From IMG/VR virus record IMGVR_UViG_3300025012_000085, positions 924 to 64,923 of that record: 64,000 nt of DNA; one strand, given 5' to 3'. Below the pieces are notes generated by a model. It worked only from the letters and a program-made list of their open reading frames with translations. It had not been told where the DNA came from and did not search any database. This stretch comes from a virus (Duplodnaviria > Caudoviricetes). The translations under genes and the position numbers were made by a program. Every line of letters begins with the position of its first letter. Position 1 is the stretch's first letter. This document shows, one piece after another, positions 17,927-26,356 of the stretch.

Positions 17927-18463
17927 TCATGTCCGGCTAAATAGCTTTCTCCACCAAGGATTATTGCGTTGTTGTGCTTCTTTTATTTCCGTCAGGCGTT
18001 GTAATACCTCATTATCTCTCTCCTCTACGCTCCTAGACCTATCCTCTGCTCTCTTATTGTGATCTGTTAGGGTTTGCCTTATACCCTCTATTTCCTCTTG
18101 TAATTCAAGGATTAGCTCGTCCCTCCTGCTTAACTCCTGCTGAAGCATAACTCTTAAACTATGCACTAAATCTTCTTGTTGCGTTGCCTCGGTGTTGTTG
18201 TCCGGTTCTTGCGTAACAATATCGGTTGTTATATTAACTCCATACCTTTTATCTAGCACCTCTACTATTTGATCATGGTCTAATTTCTTGACATATGATG
18301 CCTTGATAACATTCAATATCTCCACAGTGGAGGACTTTTCGAACTTAGTAGTTTTTCCTTCTCCTTGAGTGCGAAAATATTGGAGGTAAGTATCCTTGTA
18401 ATAACGACAGGTGCTTATGTTTATGTCCGTAAGTTCGGAGCATTGTTTAAGGGTTAAGTACAT
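17927..18463 (-). CDS. MerR-HTH coiled-coil protein (RacA / pSK1 Par-like partition factor)
   Basis: N-terminal MerR-type HTH, long coiled coil, amphipathic C-terminus PWWRKLF. Confidence 0.7.
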   Translation of the reverse strand: MYLTLKQCSELTDINISTCRYYKDTYLQYFRTQGEGKTTKFEKSSTVEILNVIKASYVKKLDHDQIVEVLDKRYGVNITTDIVTQEPDNNTEATQQEDLVHSLRVMLQQELSRRDELILELQEEIEGIRQTLTDHNKRAEDRSRSVEERDNEVLQRLTEIKEAQQRNNPWWRKLFSRT

Positions 18464-18519
18464 GATTTATTCCTCCTTCGATAGTATAAATATGGTCCAA
18501 TTTATGGTATAATGTAAGT

Positions 18520-18610
18520 GTGGGATAGTGAATGCATCACGACAAGCGAGTTTCCTAGCTCGTTTCCCACTCTAAACAAAACTAGGAAAAAGAAAAACCT
18601 TTAGGAGGGT
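18520..18610 (+). ncRNA. structured leader RNA, copy A
   Basis: After TGgTATAAT 18505-18513; P1 gtggga/tcccac, palindrome atgcat, P3 loop tttcctag complementary to ctaggaaa 18582-18589. Confidence 0.6.
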
Positions 18611-18618
18611 TAATTTTT

Positions 18619-19434
18619 ATGCCCGAAACCAAGGTATGTAGTAGGTGTAAGCGTAGTCTTCCGGCTGATAAACTTCATTTTTATCCCGCAAGCAATACCA
18701 AGGACAAGTTTCATTCTGCGTGCAAAGAGTGTGAAGGTCACAGATTTACGCAACCAAGGGTTATGAAGAATGGCTATATGATATGTTGTAAATGTGGGAA
18801 AGGGTTTCCATCGACAAGTGAATATTTTTCTAAGAAGAAAACTGCGAAAAGTGGTCTTAATGGCCGGTGCAAAAGCTGCGAGTCCAGCGCGCATAAAGCA
18901 TACTACGAGAATAATAAGTCGTATATCTTAGCATCTGTCAAGAGGTATCGGGAGATAAATAAAGAAGAGAGAAGGGAATACTATAGGGCTAATAAGCAGA
19001 GAAAATTAATAATGGTCAAGCAATGGCAAAGGAAAAATAAGGTACGCAGGGCAACTAATAATAGATTGTGGAAAGCGGCCAATATGGAGAAGATGCGCGT
19101 ATACAGACAAACTAGGAGGGCAAGGAAAGAAAATTTACCATCTTCCTTAACGGTCGAGGAATGGATAAATATAAAAGCGGAATTTGAAAACAGATGTGCT
19201 TATTGCGGAAAAGACACACCACTAACCCAGGATCACTTTATCCCCTTATCTAAGCACGGGGAGTACACTCGTGATAATATAATTCCGGCTTGCCCAAGTT
19301 GTAATAATGGCAAAAATGCAAGTAATCCATTCGAGTGGTATCCGATGCAATCGTTCTATAGCAAAGGTAGGGAATCTAAAATATTAAAGCATCTAGGATA
19401 TAAGAATAACAAGCAACAACTGAGCTTGTTTTAG
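18619..19434 (+). CDS. HNH endonuclease with CxxC repeats and QLSLF tail
   Basis: Two Zn-finger repeats; CAYCG...DHFIPL...CPSCN; ends QQLSLF. Confidence 0.88.
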   Translation: MPETKVCSRCKRSLPADKLHFYPASNTKDKFHSACKECEGHRFTQPRVMKNGYMICCKCGKGFPSTSEYFSKKKTAKSGLNGRCKSCESSAHKAYYENNKSYILASVKRYREINKEERREYYRANKQRKLIMVKQWQRKNKVRRATNNRLWKAANMEKMRVYRQTRRARKENLPSSLTVEEWINIKAEFENRCAYCGKDTPLTQDHFIPLSKHGEYTRDNIIPACPSCNNGKNASNPFEWYPMQSFYSKGRESKILKHLGYKNNKQQLSLF

Positions 19435-19445
19435 CGCGACTCGCT

Positions 19446-19955
19446 TCATAGATAGAATTTCTCATACTTATCTTTCTTAGCTGTTTTTCCAGTTTCCTTT
19501 TCTTTCTTTTTATATTTTCTTTTATTAATACTGTTAGTATTGGAATTGTTAGTATTAGTGTCCTCATTTACCGTATCCCCATTTACTGTATCCCCAAATT
19601 TAGGACATGGTTCCGTGTCCTCATTTCTAGGACGCGGTTCTATTTTAGTGTTCAGAATGTAGATATTGTGGCTGAATTTACCAGACTCCTTAACGCGCTC
19701 AACCGTTATGTATCCATGCTCATCTAATAACTTAAAGTGTTTGTAATAGCGAGTTTTACACATGCAAAGATCGTAGATGATCTTGGATACGCTTGGAAAA
19801 GCACTGCTCCCTGCCCCGGCATAGCTTGCGAAATAAGCATAGATGCACTTTGCCTCCGGTGTTATCCTACGATCCTGCATGAGTAACTTAGGGATATTTC
19901 CAAATCCTTTAGAGTTGATACCTACTACTTTTAGTATGTCCTTATCTTTTTGCAC
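19446..19955 (-). CDS. replication initiator (HTH_36-type), putative plasmid-state Rep
   Basis: IPKLLMQDRRITPEAKCIY.Y..SYAG....AFPS...I..DL...L...GYI. Confidence 0.75.
   Translation of the reverse strand: MQKDKDILKVVGINSKGFGNIPKLLMQDRRITPEAKCIYAYFASYAGAGSSAFPSVSKIIYDLCMCKTRYYKHFKLLDEHGYITVERVKESGKFSHNIYILNTKIEPRPRNEDTEPCPKFGDTVNGDTVNEDTNTNNSNTNSINKRKYKKKEKETGKTAKKDKYEKFYL
19558..19627. repeat. iteron-like repeats (putative origin) inside rep
   Basis: gtgtcctcattta 19558, gtatccccattta 19573, gtatccccaaatt 19588, gtgtcctcatttc 19615, next to an AT-rich tract. Confidence 0.6.
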
Positions 19956-19964
19956 GACAAAACC

Positions 19965-20087
19965 CCCCGTCTAATCAAAATCATACTAGACGGGGTTCCT
20001 ATCTTGTGTTAGATTATTACTAACAGCATAGAGAACCCCTTGTGGCCCCCTGAACGAAATCTTTGGTCGGATGCGTTCAGGGGGTTC
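19965..20087 (-). promoter_or_regulatory. rep leader attenuator with antisense RNA (copy-number control)
   Basis: RBS-sequestering hairpin 19965-19995; alternative pairing via gaacccc 20033-20039; hairpin 20046-20084 with ttgg U-turn loop; plus-strand TGtTAGATT promoter. Confidence 0.6.
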
Positions 20088-20137
20088 TAGTATTTCTCCC
20101 TAATTCGACAGGTTCAACAAATTATCCTTCAAAATAA

Positions 20138-20251
20138 TCACCCGAAAAAATAAGTAACAAACTCATAGAGGTAAAGCGGGTCGAGTATAGTTAGTTCGTC
20201 ATCCACTACTATCCACTTAAAGAATCCTGCTAAATCGCGTTCAACAATCAT
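20138..20251 (-). CDS. 37-aa small protein, paralog of 6712-6882
   Basis: MIVERDLAGFFKWIVVDDELTILDPLYLYEFVTYFFG; RBS aaagga. Confidence 0.5.
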   Translation of the reverse strand: MIVERDLAGFFKWIVVDDELTILDPLYLYEFVTYFFG

Positions 20252-20409
20252 TTGCAAAACTTCCTTTCTTACCCTATAATACAATACATTTCCCCTGCCT
20301 TCAGGGGGTCTTTATGACCATAATTACGACTAGATATCCTCCTATATCTAAAAATGCGCAAAAAAAAGTGAGCATCCGATGTATTGCGATTGGATGCTCA
20401 CAAAAATAT

Positions 20410-20796
20410 TCACTTAGACTTCATTTTTTTGATCGACTCCAGAAGATCACGAAGAAATTCGGGGTCTATTTTTTCGTTGTAAAGCTGTCTGGCTAACATA
20501 GCGTAAGGTAGACTCTCTTGTTTAGCAAAAAACTCAACCAGATCCTCCGGAAGGTCAACATTGTTAAGCTCAACCAACTTACGAAGAGACATAATATTAT
20601 TGTCTAACAGATATGCCGAGTCAACACCCAATGCCTTGGCTACCTTCTCTAAGGCTCTGATTGACATGTTGCATTTACCGTTTTCCGTGTCTGATAGATA
20701 AGACAAGGAAAGACCTGTTCTTTTGTGCAGCTCAGTCAAGGATATATCCCTTATCTTTTCTCTAACATACTTTATCTTGTGGCCGTAGTCCATCAA
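20410..20796 (-). CDS. CI-like XRE repressor
   Basis: HTH_3 (ISLTELHKRTGLSLSYLSDTENGK); divergent from the cro-like gene. Confidence 0.85.
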   Translation of the reverse strand: MMDYGHKIKYVREKIRDISLTELHKRTGLSLSYLSDTENGKCNMSIRALEKVAKALGVDSAYLLDNNIMSLRKLVELNNVDLPEDLVEFFAKQESLPYAMLARQLYNEKIDPEFLRDLLESIKKMKSK

Positions 20797-20848
20797 TCAT
20801 CATCCTATCTAAAATAAGTTGTAAGATTGTAGTTTCTCCTTTTATACA

Positions 20849-20932
20849 TTCGTTATTCTCGAATAAACATATTACATAATAACTAATATTTATGAAACAA
20901 AGCTTGATTATTCGAGATATTCGAAGTATACT
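20849..20932. promoter_or_regulatory. genetic switch: two TTCG-N7-CGAA operators and the rightward promoter
   Basis: ttcgttattctcgaa 20849-20863; ttcgagatattcgaa 20911-20925 between TTGATT(20904) and TATACT(20927). Confidence 0.7.
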
Positions 20933-21002
20933 ATATATATGTTATGGAATAGCTTACCAGAACTACTCCATAACAATTATTTCGTATAAGGAGGTGAAGA
21001 CG

Positions 21003-21200
21003 TTGACAATCGGCAGCCAAATTCGAAAATGTAGAAATATGAAAAAATGGACACTAAGTCAGCTTGGAGAACGCGCAAAGCTGAGAGAAAGCACTCTGAG
21101 TGAAATAGAGAACGGAAAGCACGGCCCGAGCGTGAAGTCGCTCAAACGGGTTGCCGAAGCTCTTGAGGTCGAAGTTGGGTATCTATTTCAGGCAGAGTAA
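21003..21200 (+). CDS. Cro-like XRE protein
   Basis: TTG start after aaggaggtg; WTLSQLGERAKLRESTLSEIENGK. Confidence 0.85.
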   Translation: MTIGSQIRKCRNMKKWTLSQLGERAKLRESTLSEIENGKHGPSVKSLKRVAEALEVEVGYLFQAE

Positions 21201-21563
21201 TATTTTTTATTTCTTTCAAAAAGTTCTTTAACCTTAAACAAGCCTTCCAATTGCACTTACCACGCAAGCAGAAGGTAAACATTATTGAGGTTATAGCGTT
21301 TTGACGCACTTCCAGTCCATCAATATTACCAGTATTGATAAGCCGAAAGTACGTCGATTGAGCAACCACGCTCTAATTAATTTCTCGTCCCACCACAGAA
21401 CGATTAGCCATTTCCAGTGGCTAGATCAAACACTACCGTAGTCCAAAGGGCTTGTTTGCTACGCTCTTGTTTAACTGTGTTTAATATACATCATTCGGAC
21501 TAGCTTTACAAGAGGTTTTTCAATTAATTTATGACATTTTTGCAAAAAAGTATTAGAAAATGA

Positions 21564-21869
21564 ATGTTTTGGAATCGTTTCGTCAAGGAGGTGAAGACAA
21601 CGGAGAGGGAATTAGTAAGCGAATTCAAACGACTGACGGGTTTCAATGGAGGAAGTATTGCCGAAAGGTACGGAGTTAGTAGGCAGTTCGTTCATCAAGT
21701 GCTCAATAATCACTCGTTGACGCATAAGGCGAGTTCAGCTTTCTTCTTAAATGCGATGATCGGAGAAAAAATTTCAACGCTGAAAAAGCAGGTGCAGGAC
21801 TTAGAGTTTTTGCAAATCAGTATCGAGGGCAGCGTAAATAACGTAATGGCTAAGGAGGATTTAGATTGA
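21564..21869 (+). CDS. HTH DNA-binding protein
   Basis: SIAERYGVSRQFVHQVL. Confidence 0.65.
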   Translation: MFWNRFVKEVKTTERELVSEFKRLTGFNGGSIAERYGVSRQFVHQVLNNHSLTHKASSAFFLNAMIGEKISTLKKQVQDLEFLQISIEGSVNNVMAKEDLD

Positions 21870-22483
21870 GCATTCGTACTGAAAATTGGCTAGGCCATGA
21901 AATTAGATTCGTAGAAAAGAACCCTAGTGATTGGTGGGCGGTACTAGCCGACGTAACGACAGCTGTGGAATTATCAGCCAAGGGAGTTAAACAGAGATTA
22001 CCAAAGGAGGTAATTTCAAATTACCCCATCCTCGATACCCTCGGAAGAATTCAAGACATGATCATCGTCAACGAATACGGAATTTACGAGACAGTATTTG
22101 AAAGCCGCAAAAAGGAAGCCAAGGAATTCAAGCGATGGGTTTTTGAAATGCTCAAGCAGCTTCGTCAAGCTACCAATCTAGAAGGCTTCCAAATCTTCCG
22201 TATGCTCGACAAGGAACACCAACGCGAAGCCATGACTCAACTTAAGGTTAATTTATCTCAACCTATCAAAGTTGACTACATCAAAGCCAACACCGTTGCC
22301 AATAAAACGGTATCAACAATGTTTGGTTATCCAAAGATGATCAAGAAGGATGAAATGACTCCTGAAATGTTAGTACAACGTCAAGAAGTCCTTGGCGAAA
22401 CCGTAAACCTTATGGGAGTTAACGAAAAGTTTAATTTGGATCTTTCAATTAGCAAGACGGTTCAGGGAAAGTATTTGAATTAG
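21866..22483 (+). CDS. BRO-N domain antirepressor-like protein
   Basis: W.GHEIRFV...WWAVLADV...NEYGIYE.VF.SRK.EAKEFK.WV. Confidence 0.85.
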   Translation: MSIRTENWLGHEIRFVEKNPSDWWAVLADVTTAVELSAKGVKQRLPKEVISNYPILDTLGRIQDMIIVNEYGIYETVFESRKKEAKEFKRWVFEMLKQLRQATNLEGFQIFRMLDKEHQREAMTQLKVNLSQPIKVDYIKANTVANKTVSTMFGYPKMIKKDEMTPEMLVQRQEVLGETVNLMGVNEKFNLDLSISKTVQGKYLN

Positions 22484-22771
22484 GTGGACAAGCCTAAACA
22501 GGAAGTGATTAGAATCGAAATTAACCTTGACGACGAAAAACCCTTATCCGAAGAAAGCAGAATCAATCTAATAGATGGCGCAGTAAAACACAGGACGGAA
22601 ACCGAAAACATACCAAACCTAAAGGGATTCACGGATTATTTACTTAGGACAGTCATGAATGACGAATGCCTAAAGTGCATACGAAGTAAACCAAACTTTG
22701 GAAAGTGTTATGGGAAAGTAGGCGGTAATCCCTGCTTGGTATTCAAAGAAACAAAGGTAGTTCATTTTTAA
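22484..22771 (+). CDS. hypothetical early protein
   Basis: Coupled ORF with Cys cluster. Confidence 0.5.
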   Translation: MDKPKQEVIRIEINLDDEKPLSEESRINLIDGAVKHRTETENIPNLKGFTDYLLRTVMNDECLKCIRSKPNFGKCYGKVGGNPCLVFKETKVVHF

Positions 22772-22790
22772 GAGAAAGAAGGTAATCAAA

Positions 22791-23042
22791 TTGAAATCTA
22801 ATAATCCAGCAAACCAAATCAGTCAATCCGCTAAAGCTTGGGGACAATCTTATTGGGAGTACATGGAGATCAAGTTCCCTGGTTGCGTTCGTACCTATGT
22901 TTGGGGTGGCAAGAAGGAAACGCGCAAGGAGAAGCGCGAGACTGAGAACAAGATCATTTCATTTCTCGGTAGCTCGGGTAACCCCATGGCGAGGTTGTTC
23001 TCTCAAATGCGGAACTTGATTGGGAAGAGGAGTGCTTATTGA
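22791..23042 (+). CDS. hypothetical early protein
   Basis: Co-oriented ORF. Confidence 0.45.
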   Translation: MKSNNPANQISQSAKAWGQSYWEYMEIKFPGCVRTYVWGGKKETRKEKRETENKIISFLGSSGNPMARLFSQMRNLIGKRSAY

Positions 23043-23374
23043 TGATGTTTCCGTCCGACTCATGGGGTAAGCTCGGTGCTACATGGACATCTAGTAGGCC
23101 AGTTATGGTTCCAGTAAAGCCAAACCGCAAGAAGAACCGCAAGTTGGCTAGGCAAATGCGAAGAATAAAGGGAGGCACGAAGCAAGCAGAGCAAGTAAAA
23201 TCTTCCAAACTAACATTGTGCATCCCTAGATTTAATTTAGTTATCGGAAATGGCGACGTTAGGTTTTGTTGTAATTGCGCCAATACCTGGAACCCGAATG
23301 AATTTCCTTGCAAAAAGTGCTTTGAACTAAGACCTTTCGACACCGGAACGAGCTATTTCTTGCCAAAGGAGTGA
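23039..23374 (+). CDS. hypothetical basic Cys-rich protein
   Basis: Overlap-coupled ORF with CxxC pairs. Confidence 0.45.
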   Translation: MMMFPSDSWGKLGATWTSSRPVMVPVKPNRKKNRKLARQMRRIKGGTKQAEQVKSSKLTLCIPRFNLVIGNGDVRFCCNCANTWNPNEFPCKKCFELRPFDTGTSYFLPKE

Positions 23375-23566
23375 TAGCCATTCACCACCAGAAAGGGGCA
23401 AGTCTATTGCGTAAAGATCAAGCCAGAAGGCTAAGGTATCAGGAAGCTCAGCGCATCAACTCGAAGTCCATTCCAAATTTTAAGGATGTTCTGAAGTCGG
23501 TGCAGTTAACCGAGGGCCAGTTGAAGATTTTTACTAGTAAGTTGATTAAGTAGGAGGGACAAGCTA

Positions 23567-23926
23567 ATGAAAAAATATGATTTTCAAAAAGCAAAGGCGA
23601 TAATAGCTAAACTTGGTGGCGATATTGTAACTGCTAGTTTAGGCATGAATGAGGATGCGTTCTGGACCATGGAGACTGTTTACGAAAACGGAAAATATAC
23701 GCGCGAGTTAAACGAAGGCGACGAAATAGCTGGAATATCCGGTTCATCTTGGGCAACTCCGGTGTTAGAGGTTGAGCTTAAAGATGGGAGAACAGAAGTA
23801 TACGCATGTTTCAGTGGGGAGAGTTTAGGTTCAATAAGAAAAGATTTCTCGTCAAGCTTAGGTTGCCTGTCTGGTCCATGTCAGGTGGAGAGAGAAGGAG
23901 TCGAGATAAAGGAGTTCGCTCTTTAA
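23567..23926 (+). CDS. hypothetical phage protein
   Basis: RBS aggagg; ASLGMNED.FWT...GS.WATP motif. Confidence 0.65.
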   Translation: MKKYDFQKAKAIIAKLGGDIVTASLGMNEDAFWTMETVYENGKYTRELNEGDEIAGISGSSWATPVLEVELKDGRTEVYACFSGESLGSIRKDFSSSLGCLSGPCQVEREGVEIKEFAL

Positions 23927-23945
23927 AACTAAGGAGGGATGCCAA

Positions 23946-24185
23946 ATGACTAGACAGAAAGCCCAAACTTGTCTTTGCGGAAAAGAAGTCAACCTACCCG
24001 ATGGTGAGGTAAAAACAACCTGCTCATGCGGTCGTTCATGGGAAATTAGCACAGGAGGAGTTTTGTTCACAAATCTGATGTTCCCATTTTGCCAGGGAGA
24101 ATGTTCCAGGCAGACGAATGTGCCTATTGTGGCAAAGGCTGAGCGAGTTAGAAATAAGCGGAAGAGGAAGGCGATGAGAGGGTGA
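23946..24185 (+). CDS. small zinc-ribbon protein
   Basis: CLCG...CSCG; RBS aaggagg. Confidence 0.55.
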   Translation: MTRQKAQTCLCGKEVNLPDGEVKTTCSCGRSWEISTGGVLFTNLMFPFCQGECSRQTNVPIVAKAERVRNKRKRKAMRG

Positions 24186-24191
24186 TTTAAC

Positions 24192-24644
24192 TTGAAACGC
24201 ATATTAGATGCGTGCTGTGGGAGCAGAATGTTTTGGTTCAATAAATCCAACGACGATGTGGTTTATATGGATAATCGCCAAGTAAGCGACACGTTATGCG
24301 ATGGAAGAAAGTTGGAAGTTAATCCTGATATAGTAGCTGATTTCAGAAATATGCCATTTGACGATAACTCGTTTTACTTAGTTGTTTTTGATCCGCCACA
24401 TTTGCTAAAGGCTGGGGAAAATTCATGGCTTGGTAAAAAATATGGAATACTTGGCCAAGATTGGAGAAGTGATATAGCACAAGGTTTTAGAGAGTGTATG
24501 CGAGTGTTAAAACCAAATGGGACACTTATATTCAAGTGGAATGAAGACCAAATTCCATTGAAAGACGTAATGAAGTGCTTAAACGAAAAGCCTCTTTTTG
24601 GAAATAGGAGAAGCAAGACCCATTGGTTAGTTTTTATGAAGTAA
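24192..24644 (+). CDS. SAM-dependent DNA amino-methyltransferase (m6A/m4C type)
   Basis: ILDACCGSRMFWF motif I and VVFDPPH motif IV. Confidence 0.8.
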   Translation: MKRILDACCGSRMFWFNKSNDDVVYMDNRQVSDTLCDGRKLEVNPDIVADFRNMPFDDNSFYLVVFDPPHLLKAGENSWLGKKYGILGQDWRSDIAQGFRECMRVLKPNGTLIFKWNEDQIPLKDVMKCLNEKPLFGNRRSKTHWLVFMK

Positions 24645-24657
24645 GGAAGGCGATGAA

Positions 24658-24963
24658 ATGCTAAAAAGAATCTGGAACCAACTCCTTAAATTCAAGTGGT
24701 TCAATCGCGAAGTCCAAGCCTATAAAATCGAGCAAGAAAAGAAGCTCATCAAGGAGCGTATCGAACGCAACAAGGCTGATTTTACCGAGCTGATGCGGTG
24801 TGGAAATACGGTTCGGAGCGAGGATAAGGACGATGAGAGAATGTCTGCTGTCGTGGTTGATTACGTTGGCCGGGGGAGAGTTGGGGAGCCGTTTAATCCG
24901 GTGTTCTCCAGGATGGACTGTGTAAATTGGGCAGAAAGGAGCAATCACCATGACAACATTTGA
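24658..24963 (+). CDS. hypothetical protein
   Basis: Co-oriented ORF with RBS. Confidence 0.5.
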   Translation: MLKRIWNQLLKFKWFNREVQAYKIEQEKKLIKERIERNKADFTELMRCGNTVRSEDKDDERMSAVVVDYVGRGRVGEPFNPVFSRMDCVNWAERSNHHDNI

Positions 24964-25300
24964 CCAAGAACTATCCTCATCCCTCCAAACTCTCCAAATC
25001 CCTACTCACATGAAGGGTTACGCCATGATCACGACCGCGATGAATCTCATCAACTCCAAGCCATCCTATATTCAAAGCATAGTCAAGCTGTACACCAAAA
25101 CTGGCGAACTTCACAAAGCTTCTCCGCGCTGTGTAGAGGGAAATATCCGTAACGCTCTGCAATGTGCCAAGTCTGATTTTCATGTACAGTTCGATGTTTT
25201 AGGCACGAATAGGGAGCTTTGCACGATTGAGTTTCTGGCGACATTGTATCGGGCGGTAACGATTAAGGCGGCAGATAGGGAGGAATTATGTCCAAGATAA
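24950..25300 (+). CDS. Spo0A C-terminal (effector-only) homologue
   Basis: IPTHMKGY...SIVK-LY......SPRCVEGNIRNAL aligns with Spo0A VPAHIKGY...SITKVLY...TASRVERAIRHAI; no receiver domain. Confidence 0.8.
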   Translation: MTTFDQELSSSLQTLQIPTHMKGYAMITTAMNLINSKPSYIQSIVKLYTKTGELHKASPRCVEGNIRNALQCAKSDFHVQFDVLGTNRELCTIEFLATLYRAVTIKAADREELCPR

Positions 25301-25857
25301 TTCTGGATTTATGTGGGGGAACCGGTAGCTGGTCTAAGCCGTACAGAGACGCAGGGTATGACGTGCGAATAATTACTTTCCCGGAACACGATGTGAGGGA
25401 TTACGCGCCTCCTGAAAATGTATACGGGATATTAGCTGCTCCACCATGCGATCATTTTAGCGTTATGAGGTGCAATACAGCCAAGATTCCAAGGGACATA
25501 GACGGAGCATTATCAGTTGTAAAAGGATGCCTAGATATCATATTTCAGTGCAAACCGGTCTTTTGGGCATTAGAAAACCCACAAGGAATGCTAAGAAGAT
25601 TCTTAGGCAGACCACCTTGGCAGTTTCAACCCTTTGAATTCGGGGATCAGGCAAGTAAAAAGACCGATATTTGGGGTTACTATAATATTCCTAAAAAGAA
25701 CCCTGTGGAACTAACTAGCAAAACGATTGAGCATCAGAAAAAGCACCATATTCATATTTTCCCTACCGCAAAGGAATATCCAGGTGTTAGTCGCGCTGGT
25801 AGGAGAGCAATCACGCCACCCGGTTTCGCTCAAGCATTTTTCAAGGCTAATCAATAA
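25288..25857 (+). CDS. compact C5-cytosine DNA methyltransferase-like protein
   Basis: LDLCGGTG (I), APPCDHFS (IV), LENP (VI), K.T (VIII). Confidence 0.75.
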   Translation: MSKIILDLCGGTGSWSKPYRDAGYDVRIITFPEHDVRDYAPPENVYGILAAPPCDHFSVMRCNTAKIPRDIDGALSVVKGCLDIIFQCKPVFWALENPQGMLRRFLGRPPWQFQPFEFGDQASKKTDIWGYYNIPKKNPVELTSKTIEHQKKHHIHIFPTAKEYPGVSRAGRRAITPPGFAQAFFKANQ

Positions 25858-25871
25858 AAAGGAGGAAGCAA

Positions 25872-26258
25872 ATGGAAAAGCTGACAAAAGATCAACTCTC
25901 TGCAATTCAAAACTTAACCGACAGCCCATTAATCTCTCAGGCGAGCTACGACCGTCATTCTAACACTCTAATGCGCGTCACGGTCATATCATCCATAGAT
26001 GCCGATTGGAATGGCGTAGATGCCCTGCTGAATGCGATATTTCCCGACTTAGAATATCGCGGAAAGGCTGGGGTTGAGGTTAAGGATGGAATTATGTCGG
26101 AGTATTATTCCATTGATGTTGATGGGGAAACCCTCATAAATCTGTGCATGAAAAAGACTCTCGTTGGCGCGAGAGCCGAAAAGGAAACTACTCAAGGCTA
26201 TATTACTATAAAAATTGATGAATTGGAACTGACTGGGCCGTGTGAATCTTTTGTTTAA
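25872..26258 (+). CDS. hypothetical protein
   Basis: RBS aaggagg. Confidence 0.55.
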   Translation: MEKLTKDQLSAIQNLTDSPLISQASYDRHSNTLMRVTVISSIDADWNGVDALLNAIFPDLEYRGKAGVEVKDGIMSEYYSIDVDGETLINLCMKKTLVGARAEKETTQGYITIKIDELELTGPCESFV

Positions 26259-26356
26259 AGGGAGAGAGTGGTTTAGGGAGTTCAAAGAACAAGATCATGA
26301 GCATGGTGAAATATTAGAAGAGTTCGAGGACGAAGAGGAACCAGAGGAGGAAAGCA

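Noticed and set aside
18520-19434. IscB/omegaRNA (HEARO) RNA-guided element
   Set aside because: No RuvC motifs or PLMP N-terminus; the leader is only about 90 nt
20104-20110. Spo0A boxes (TGTCGAA) here, at 6294 and near 45811
   Set aside because: A 7-mer is expected several times by chance in 64 kb; suggestive position only
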